Assembly: GCA_965261395.1 (NCBI GenBank)
Contig: OZ253462.1
Coordinates: forward strand, 3,136,001 to 3,200,000
Reading direction: 5' to 3'
Source: Candidatus Latescibacterota bacterium
GTDB taxonomy: Bacteria > Latescibacterota > UBA2968 > UBA8231
Length of the DNA stretch: 64,000 nucleotides
Translations under genes and position numbers: made by a program
The notes under the pieces: model-generated
The model's input: only the letters and a program-made list of their open reading frames with translations
Databases searched by the model: none
Told to the model about the DNA's origin: nothing
Shown: one piece after another, positions 46,122 through 54,208 of the stretch
How positions within the stretch are numbered: position 1 is the stretch's first letter
Layout: each line of letters opens with the position of its first letter

Positions 46122-47921
46122 TCAATACGCCAGCCCCACCAGCAGCGACCGGTCTTCAGAGCCGGTATCCGTATCAATGGAAAGCCGCAGTATGTAGAGC
46201 CCGGGCGGTGCGGAGGTTCCGCTCTCGTCCAAGCCGTCCCAAGTCACTTGCTGCGGCCCGTTGAGCGCGCCGCTTTTTTGCAAGTGCCGCACTGGGCGGC
46301 CCGCGAGGTCGTACAAGGTCAGGTCAGCGGGTACCTGCGAGAGGGCGCGCAGCAAGATATAGGATACCTGTAGCTGGTCGTTGACCCCGTCGCCGTTGGG
46401 GGTGAAGACCGGCGGATCAGCCCTCAATTCGAGGACGAGTTCCTGGCGCAACACGCCTTGGATGGACAGGCGGTCGGCTTGGACCTCGGGGGTGGCGTCT
46501 CCGGCCACCACGTCTTGGCCGAGTTCACCGGTCTGACTGTCGAAGACCTTGGCGAAAAAAGTGGTACCATAGACGGTTACCATAGCCTCGAAGCGGATGC
46601 GCAAAAGCTGGCCCGATTCGGTTACTCGGTCGTCGGTCAGTTGAATGGCCAGTCTGTTTTCGTCCTGTGTGTTCTCTTCTGTAAAGGCAACGGGTACCCC
46701 GTCTAGCTCGACGCTATTGACCGTCGCCTTGAAAGGCGTGCGGATTTCCACTCGGTCGAATCCGTCGTTGGCCTGACCGAAAGTCGAGCGGATGTAGTAG
46801 TCGAAGGTATTGCTCTCGCCGAGGGTAACCGTCGCTGGAGAGACTTCGGCCGTCAGCTCTTCAGCTAGCGTCGGGATTGAGTAGTCAAAGGATAACGAAT
46901 CGACAAAGGCCGACTGGCGCGCGTCCTCGGACGAAAACAACAGGCGGAACTGGACGTAGCGGCGGTTGCCCGGAGACAGTAGATCGCCAAAGAAGTCTTC
47001 GTATGGTGCCGACCAGGGGCTCCACTCGTCGATGTTGTCGATAATCGCGCCCTTGTTGGACGAGGTCAGATCGTCGTACTCGTCGGCCGCTTCGGGCGAG
47101 CCTATCGGCAAGATGGGCTCTTCCTGCCGATCCTCGCCCTCGAAGACCTCGGTTTTGCGATAGTAAATTTTAGGGTCGGGCACCGAGCCTGTGCGCGTCT
47201 GTAGTACCACGTTAGTCAAAGGGTCGAAGCGGGTCTGCAAGCGAAGTTGGCCAAAATTGGCCGCCTCTCCGAGGTCGATGACTTCGGAAAGATAGCTGCC
47301 GGTGGGCGCGAAGCCGTCGCCAAAGACCTCGACTTCCTCGACGATAAACTCTTGGCCGGAGCGGCTAATCAGGCGGATAAAGCGCACAAACTGGAGGGGG
47401 ATGTACGCGTCGATATCCGGTTCACTCTGTTCGAGATTTGCGCTGACTTGGTTGATGAAGGCGATCGGACGATCCTCGCGCAGTTGCGCGGGATTGCCGT
47501 CGTGGACAAAAAGCTCATAGGCGCGGAGGAAGATGTCGGGGTTGCCCTGAAAGCGAATGCGGTTGATCGGCAGGATCGCGCCTAAGTCGATGATCATGGA
47601 GGTGCCGTCGGGGCGTCGCTCCCGGGTGACGCGCCAGAAGGTCTCGGCATTGCCGTCGGTGAGCAGGCCGGTCAGATCTTCGCGCGCCTGCGGTGAGGAG
47701 ATGTTGCCACCCCGCCGCCTCAGGGTGAGGTTTTCGACGGCATTGGTGGTTGAGTCCACCACGGCCGGGAGCAGGACGGATTCGTCCATGGTGAGTCCGG
47801 TCAGTTCGCCGACATCGTCCCATGCAAAGCCAGAGCCTCCCGCGGTCCACACGTCCACAGCGCCAGCCGCCCTAGCGCCCAACAGAGTGCAGATCAACAG
47901 CCTAAATCGCCATTTGAACAT
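46122..47921 (-). CDS. Secreted FlgD-Ig-tailed protein (subtype I)
   Basis: WTAGGSGFAW N-motif; tail FTPNGDGVND...WDGLDESG...LAY. Confidence 0.8.
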   Translation of the reverse strand: MFKWRFRLLICTLLGARAAGAVDVWTAGGSGFAWDDVGELTGLTMDESVLLPAVVDSTTNAVENLTLRRRGGNISSPQAREDLTGLLTDGNAETFWRVTRERRPDGTSMIIDLGAILPINRIRFQGNPDIFLRAYELFVHDGNPAQLREDRPIAFINQVSANLEQSEPDIDAYIPLQFVRFIRLISRSGQEFIVEEVEVFGDGFAPTGSYLSEVIDLGEAANFGQLRLQTRFDPLTNVVLQTRTGSVPDPKIYYRKTEVFEGEDRQEEPILPIGSPEAADEYDDLTSSNKGAIIDNIDEWSPWSAPYEDFFGDLLSPGNRRYVQFRLLFSSEDARQSAFVDSLSFDYSIPTLAEELTAEVSPATVTLGESNTFDYYIRSTFGQANDGFDRVEIRTPFKATVNSVELDGVPVAFTEENTQDENRLAIQLTDDRVTESGQLLRIRFEAMVTVYGTTFFAKVFDSQTGELGQDVVAGDATPEVQADRLSIQGVLRQELVLELRADPPVFTPNGDGVNDQLQVSYILLRALSQVPADLTLYDLAGRPVRHLQKSGALNGPQQVTWDGLDESGTSAPPGLYILRLSIDTDTGSEDRSLLVGLAY

Positions 47922-47953
47922 AGCGTGTGTCGCCTCTCATCCCCATAGACAAA

Positions 47954-47987
47954 ACAAGGGGAGGGGAATCGATTCCCCTCCCCTTGT
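47954..47987 (-). terminator. Rho-independent terminator / stabilising hairpin after 48022..48933
   Basis: Perfect 34-bp palindrome ACAAGGGGAGGGGAATCGATTCCCCTCCCCTTGT followed by Ts on the minus strand. Confidence 0.75.
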
Positions 47988-48021
47988 GAACGTACTTAAG
48001 ACGAAGACTGCTAAAGTCGGT

Positions 48022-48933
48022 TTAGAGCTCTTCGCCTACCAGCGACTTGATCTGACCCCAAGAGCTTTCCTCGACTGCCGATTCCACGTCTGTGATCGAT
48101 GTCAGGAAAATGTCGGGCATGCCGCCGCTGTTCATAAACTGCTCAGCCATGCTGTACTGAGCCTGCCAGAAGAAACCGTTCTCGCAGCACTCTTCAGAAA
48201 GTGGATCATTGCCGTTGGCGTTGAGACCTTCGTCGGCGTCGTCAATCGAGATCGACATGCCGATGGTCTGCTCGGCCGTGAGCGTCCACACCGTGCTGGC
48301 ATCCGGACCGCCGCTGATCGAAAGCGGATCCATCAGCTCGGCGCTGAACTCGTAGTAGTATTCTTGGCCTTGGTTGACCTGACTGGCTTCCACGAAATCC
48401 GTGTGGGTCCACCAGAAGTTCAGGGCGTCCTGCTCGAAATTGCCCAGCGCGCCGTTATACATCTGGACGCGCGAGAACTGCTCGGAGAAGCTCAGGCACA
48501 TCTGGAAGGCCGGCTGCAAGTCTTGGTCGTTGGGCGCCGAGTACGGGCCGCCGCCTTGATTGTCGGGATCGAAATGCACTTCGCAGTTGTCATCGCGGAA
48601 AGTGCAGGCAGGGTTCTTATCGACGATCAGGAAATCGTCGTGGACGTGAATCATGGCGTGGACGCGGTTGTTAGCATCGCTCCAGCCGATGATCAGGTCG
48701 ATGAACAGGTCATCGGCGTCATCGGCACCGCCGGTCAGCGGATTCATGTCTTCGATGGTGACCTCAAAGCTGCGATCAACCCAAGCCCAGTCGGCATTGT
48801 CGCCATCGATAGTGGGCAGGGCACCGCCGGGGATACCCACGGCGAAAAAGAGCGGTACTTCAGCCGGTTCCTGCGCGAAGGCAGCACCAGCGACGAACAA
48901 CGTACCTAGACTCAAAGCTAGGATCTTACGCAT
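48022..48933 (-). CDS. Secreted CBM9/DOMON-like protein with SWGQIK tail
   Basis: GGAGG RBS, Sec signal, PTIDGDNADW, IHVHDD, DDNCEVHFDPD; ends AVEESSWGQIKSLVGEEL. Confidence 0.75.
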   Translation of the reverse strand: MRKILALSLGTLFVAGAAFAQEPAEVPLFFAVGIPGGALPTIDGDNADWAWVDRSFEVTIEDMNPLTGGADDADDLFIDLIIGWSDANNRVHAMIHVHDDFLIVDKNPACTFRDDNCEVHFDPDNQGGGPYSAPNDQDLQPAFQMCLSFSEQFSRVQMYNGALGNFEQDALNFWWTHTDFVEASQVNQGQEYYYEFSAELMDPLSISGGPDASTVWTLTAEQTIGMSISIDDADEGLNANGNDPLSEECCENGFFWQAQYSMAEQFMNSGGMPDIFLTSITDVESAVEESSWGQIKSLVGEEL

Positions 48934-49146
48934 TGTTAAATCCTCCTCGATAGGTCTCTAAAAGAAAAGGCCCGCCACAAGGCTTTTAGCGGGCGGAATG
49001 AATTATGAGGTTTCTCAAAAGTGTAGCGGTTGATACTGCGAACCTCCTTTCATTGGCGATTTTCTGGGACATTTTTCTCATAATAGTCGGTAAATAGAAT
49101 AAATATGTGCTTGCCTGTCAAGATTTTTTTACCCGCGAATCCCCTA

Positions 49147-51502
49147 CTAGTAGGCTACGGAGACAAGCGCTTGTGCCTTCTCGTCGCCAGCGTCGCCTTC
49201 GACGAGCACTTCGAGCACGTACAGGCCCGGGGCCACGCGATCTCCGTGGCTGTCGCGGCCATCCCAGACGAGCTCGCGCTGGCCGGCGCGGCTGTCTTCG
49301 CTGCGGTCGTACACCAGGCGACCGGCGAGGTCGTACAGGCGCAGGCGCAGGGGACGCGGTGCCAGCACATTGACCAGCGCGATCTCCAGCCTCAGTTCGT
49401 CGTTGATCCCGTCGTCGTTGGGGGTGATCGCCTTGGATGAGAGGGACATATTGGCGAGTAGCTCTTGAGAGACCGGCAGGCTGACAATGTTGGTGTTGCT
49501 CGCGATCTGGTCGGTGGCGTCGCCTGGATCCACGCGCTGGCGCACGCTCTCATCTTGGTTGCTATCTTGCAAAAAGATGTCGAAGCGCGTCGATTGCCGG
49601 AATACGGAAGATTCAAACTTCAGTTCGATGAGTTGATCGGTGCGGATGCGGTTGGGCAGATGGACGAGGAAACCGCTTGCGGTGGTGTCTATCTGCGCGT
49701 CGAGCGCGGTACCATTGTGCGCGACGCTCGTAAATTGCACCGGTGTGTCCGACTCGACGGCGAGGCGGTCGAATCCGCTAGTGTTTTCGGGCCGCAAGTA
49801 GCCGCAAGTAATAGGTAAACTCCGTCAGCACTCCCGGTAGGGCCTGCTGAGGAGAAATTTCGCCCAGCACGCGGTCGGCGAGGGGTTGGGTAAAATTGAG
49901 GGCCAAGTGGTCGAGAGAAGCAGCCACAGCCGGCGATTCCGAGGTCATGCGCACGTCGATTTCGAGGTAGCGGCGCGGCGAGGGCGAGAGGAAAGCCTCG
50001 CCAGAGAAGCTGTAAATGCGACTCCACGCACTCCAATCGCCGCCCGCGGCGAGGGTGGTGTCAATGGGGCCTTTGAAACTGGGAATGAGCTTGTCGTACT
50101 TTCTCTCGGTGACCTCTTTGCCGTTTTTGTCGCGGTATGTGTATGTCTCGATGATCTCAGTGCCGGTGCGGCTGCGGAGCTCGATGCGCGTATCGGGCGG
50201 CTCATCGCCGCTCCACTCCACGGAGTTGAGGTTCTTGCCGGTGCCCAAGTCGAGCAGGGGCGAGCGGAAGCCGACCTCCGACGGGAATCCCTCGCCGAAA
50301 ATCTGGATCTCGTCGGTGGTCCCACCTGCGCCACAGCCGGGGACTCTGTTGACGCCGCCCTCCTCGCCGAGCCGCTGCAAGGAAAAGCAACTGGTGTCCC
50401 AGTACTTCCACCAGATACGGACAAAGCGCGTCGGCAGCAGGTCGAAGTGGTGATCGACCAAGCCTTTGGAGGTCTGATTCCCAGGCGAGGCACCGGAAAA
50501 GTGCTTGGTCCACAGGCGAGTGCCGTCGGGCGAAAGCGAGCCGTCCGAGGTCATAAGCTCGTAGAAGCGGAAGCCCCAGCGCCGGCGGTGAACATAGTGA
50601 CTGGTGGTGATGCCGCCGCCAAAGCCGGAGCGCACGACTACGCCGCCGATAATCCGCGCTTGATCGACCCAATAGACCGCGCCCAAGTCGAGGACCATGT
50701 GGGCGAGGATGTCGACTTGGCCCCTAGAGGCCGTGCCAGCACGCCAACTCTCGTACAAATCGCCGTCAAAGAGCGCTCTCGCTTTGCCGAGGGGCTGCGA
50801 GTCGTTGCTGGCGAGATTGATGTTGATATCAACGCCCCCGCCGCGCTCCAACAGTCCGAGGGCGATGTTGTCGCCAATGGTCTCGACTTCGACCTCGGCG
50901 AGGCGGGCATCGGGCACTACGAGCAGCGGCTCGAAGCGGATGAACTGCAGCGGCTCGGCGTCGATTTCTTTGATGAGATAGGTCACCCGGTGGCGGGCGT
51001 TCTCCTTGAAGCGCTCCTTAGTGCGGTAGACGAGAGAGCCTTCGATGGGCGCGGCGATAAAGTCGGTTTCCGGCTCGCCGGTCGATATCAAGAGGTCGAA
51101 CAGCGCGAAGGGAGCGGCTTGTGCGTCGAACACTAGGGTGACGCTTCTGGCCGAGACTGCGCGGCCCAAGTCAATCTCGATAAACCACTCGTCCGGATCG
51201 GCCTCCGGGTTGGGTGCCCAGCCGGTCGCCGGGTCGCCGTCAATAGCCAAACGAGCGGTGTTGAGGTTGGAGCCCGCGTTGCGGATGCCGCCGCCGAATT
51301 CGTCCAAGTCGCGCACGGCATCGGTTCCCTTCTCAATTCGGGTTGGCTGGATCACGCCCGACGGCGTCAATTCTACCGCACCCCAAGGCAGATTCTCCCA
51401 TTGACGCCAGTCGCGTGCCGAGTCGTAGCGCAACTGATCGGCTGCTAGCGGATAGCTACTGCCCAAGACCAAGACGGCGGCGAGGGCCATGCGAAAATTC
51501 AT
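49147..51502 (-). pseudogene. Frameshifted subtype II FlgD-Ig-tailed protein
   Basis: ORFs 49778..51502 and 49147..49797 are the two halves. Removing one copy of GCCGCAAGTA (49791-49810) restores a continuous 781-aa frame (EFTYYLRPENTSGFDRL). Confidence 0.85.
49791..49810. repeat. 10-bp perfect tandem duplication
   Basis: GCCGCAAGTA GCCGCAAGTA. Confidence 0.95.
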
Positions 51503-51689
51503 AAATGCCTTCCTTCGCACATGTATCGCAACGGATGAACGTCCCAATAGCTTATTATTTATAGTTAAAAATACCCGCGCTGCGGAACAAGGCAAATGGA
51601 CTGGCCGCGGGCTGAAGCGGAACTCCCGCTCTGTTTGTATCTTACTTTCCAACAACCCTAACTGAGTCCTTTCTGGAGAATGTGCCAAT

Positions 51690-52604
51690 ATGATCGGTCG
51701 AATTGCCCTCTGCGTGCTAATCGCCCTGCCCGTCTGCGCCCAGCACGAGAAAATTGAGCGGACAGTCAGCCTGCCCACGGGTTGGGCCACCACCATGGTC
51801 CTAGTGCCGGCCGGGTTTTTCCCCCGGGGCATGGAAGGTGAAGCCTTTGACGAGCAGCCCGTGCGCGATATTTACCTCGACGCGTACCTGATCGACCAAT
51901 ACGAAGTAACGGTGGCGCAATGGGGAGAGTACCAACGCGACACGGGTGCGCTGATCCCGGAGTGGGTCTTGCAGAATACGGTCGCGCGGCAAAACCACCC
52001 CATTACCCTGGTGACGTGGTACGACGCAGCGGCTTTCTGCCAGTGGGCTGGCAAGCGATTGCCCACGGAAGCCGAGTGGGAGCGCGCCGCGCGCTGCGAC
52101 GACGGCCGCAAGTATCCTTGGGGCGACGGCCTCGATGCCTTTCGCGCCAATTACTTCCAAAGCGACGACCCGTTTGAACGCGGTTTCGGGGCCATCCTCA
52201 GCACCAATCCGGTCGGCTTTTTCGATGGCTCCAACAGGGACGGCTATCAAACGCGAGACGGCTCCAGTCCCTTTGGAGCCTACGACATGGTAGGCAATGT
52301 CTTCGAGTGGACCAACGACTGGTACCATCCGAACTACTACACCGTTGGCCCAGACATCAATCCCGTAGGACCGGACAGCACCGGGGTCAAGGCCGTGCGC
52401 GGCGGCTCGTACGCGATTGACGCCAGCCACGTGCGGCCCACGTACCGAGCACGGGACGCACCCAACTTCAAAGGCCCAGATGTGGGATTTCGCTGTGCCG
52501 CTAGCGCCAGCTTGGGTACAGGCACGGTGCTGCGCCGCGAGACGTGGGGCGCGATAAAGAGCACCTCGCTACTCTGGCCCAACAAAGGGGGGGACGATGA
52601 ATAA
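51690..52604 (+). CDS. Secreted FGE-sulfatase (SUMF1/PvdO-like) domain protein with TWGAIK tail
   Basis: DQYEVTVAQW, RLPTEAEWERAAR, YDMVGNVFEW, RGGSY, GFRCA; RRETWGAIK near the C-terminus. Confidence 0.88.
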   Translation: MIGRIALCVLIALPVCAQHEKIERTVSLPTGWATTMVLVPAGFFPRGMEGEAFDEQPVRDIYLDAYLIDQYEVTVAQWGEYQRDTGALIPEWVLQNTVARQNHPITLVTWYDAAAFCQWAGKRLPTEAEWERAARCDDGRKYPWGDGLDAFRANYFQSDDPFERGFGAILSTNPVGFFDGSNRDGYQTRDGSSPFGAYDMVGNVFEWTNDWYHPNYYTVGPDINPVGPDSTGVKAVRGGSYAIDASHVRPTYRARDAPNFKGPDVGFRCAASASLGTGTVLRRETWGAIKSTSLLWPNKGGDDE

Positions 52605-54207
52605 ACAGAGGCATCTAGCCATCGCCGTCGCGCTGGCCTTGCTCGCCAGTGCTGCGAGCGCGCCGGGTCAGGAAGACGACCTGCGGCAGCGCTTCGGCCT
52701 ACAGCCGCTGCCACCGCTGCCCTATCCCGAGAACAACCCTTACAACTCAGACCGCGTCGAGCTGGGCCGCTTGCTGTTCTTCGACCGCATTCTCAGCGGC
52801 GAGAAGGATACGGCCTGCGGCACCTGCCACTTGCCGACCTTGGGCATGGCCGATGGTCTACCGCTCGCGGTGGGTGTCGGGGGCACGGGCTTGGGACCGG
52901 ATCGGGTGACGGGGCATTCGGCCATCACCGGGGACGTGGTGATTACCGAGCCGCGACACACCATGACCATCTTTAACGTTGGCTACAACGGCGACGAGTC
53001 CGGGCTACCCTCGCCCAAGGGCTTCATGCTATGGGACGGCAAGGACCGCGGCCTGGAGGCGCAAGCGCTGCGGCCGCTCATCGTGCGCGTCGAGCTGCGC
53101 GGCGACGCCTATGAGCGCGAGATGGCCGTCGATAGCGTGCTGACGCGATTGCGGGGGATTCCCGAATACGTGGCCCTCTTCGAGCAAGCCTTCCCGGCTG
53201 AAGCCGATTCCGTGGCCCGGCAGTTGCCGCGCCTCGGCTGCGCGTACGACCCGACGCCCTTGCAGTCGGTCATTACGCGCTCGACCTTCGGCCGGGCCAT
53301 TGCCGCGTTTGAGCGCGAGCAGAATACCATCAACACAGCATACGACCACTACGTGGCCGGCGACGACGAGGCTCTAACGCCAGCGCAAAAGCGCGGGCTT
53401 GAACTCTTCCACACTAAGGGGCGCTGCGTCAACTGCCATAGCGGCCCGCTCTTTACTGATTCGAGCTTCCGCGTCCAAGGGGTCGAGCAGATCGGTCCGG
53501 GTCGGGCATCGGCTACGACTAACACCGGCACCCCGCGTCCCACGGGCAGGGACGAAGGCCGCTTCCTCAATTCAGGTAACCTCAGTGACATCGGTGCCTT
53601 CCGCGTCGTTGGGCTGCGCCAGATCGCGCAGACGGCCCCCTACATGCACGACGGCGCGTTGGCTACGTTGGAGGATGTCATCAATTTCTACGACCGTGGC
53701 GGCGGCGACGAAGCGACTATCGACCGCGAGAACATCGACCCCGAACTGGTGCCGCTGGGCCTGAGCGCCGAGGAGAAGCAAGACCTGTTGGCCTTCATGC
53801 GCGCCCTGACTGATTCGACGATAGCGGTTCACGTGCCAGCGAGGGTGCCCAGTGGATTACCGCCTCCGGGCCTCGAATTGGCCGCCGAGGCAGGCCTAGT
53901 GGTGCCGGTTCCCGTGCCGGCAGCCCGACCTGTGGCCGTGCGAGTGTTCAATTTTCCCAATCCCTTTAATGCCTCAACCTCGATCTCAGTGGCACTGCCA
54001 GAGGCAGGCGAAGTCGATATCGAAGTGTACAATATTTTGGGGCAGGCGGTGCGGCGGCTCTTTAGGGGCTACCGGCCAGCCGGCGTCTATCGGCTAGCGT
54101 GGGATGGGCGCGACGAGTCCGGGCGAGCGGCCGCCAGCGGAGTGTATCTCATCTCGGCGCAGATGGGTGGTGAGCGCTACCTGGCGCGGATGACCCTCGT
54201 GCGCTGA
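52597..54207 (+). CDS. Di-heme cytochrome c peroxidase (CCP/MauG family) with C-terminal T9SS-type-A-like / FlgD domain
   Basis: LGRLLFFDRILS, CGTCH, LWDG, CVNCH, TAPYMHDG; tail NFPNPFNAST...VYNILGQ...WDGRD...SGVY. Confidence 0.9.
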   Translation: MNKQRHLAIAVALALLASAASAPGQEDDLRQRFGLQPLPPLPYPENNPYNSDRVELGRLLFFDRILSGEKDTACGTCHLPTLGMADGLPLAVGVGGTGLGPDRVTGHSAITGDVVITEPRHTMTIFNVGYNGDESGLPSPKGFMLWDGKDRGLEAQALRPLIVRVELRGDAYEREMAVDSVLTRLRGIPEYVALFEQAFPAEADSVARQLPRLGCAYDPTPLQSVITRSTFGRAIAAFEREQNTINTAYDHYVAGDDEALTPAQKRGLELFHTKGRCVNCHSGPLFTDSSFRVQGVEQIGPGRASATTNTGTPRPTGRDEGRFLNSGNLSDIGAFRVVGLRQIAQTAPYMHDGALATLEDVINFYDRGGGDEATIDRENIDPELVPLGLSAEEKQDLLAFMRALTDSTIAVHVPARVPSGLPPPGLELAAEAGLVVPVPVPAARPVAVRVFNFPNPFNASTSISVALPEAGEVDIEVYNILGQAVRRLFRGYRPAGVYRLAWDGRDESGRAAASGVYLISAQMGGERYLARMTLVR

Positions 54208-54208
54208 A

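Noticed and set aside
47557-48909. 450-aa plus-strand ORF (also 49886..51136, 22210..23019 and similar)
   Set aside because: Antisense shadows of well-supported genes in high-GC DNA; no motifs or RBS.
49147-49797. Independent 216-aa gene or programmed frameshift
   Set aside because: No signal peptide, RBS or slippery site; fully explained by the 10-bp duplication.
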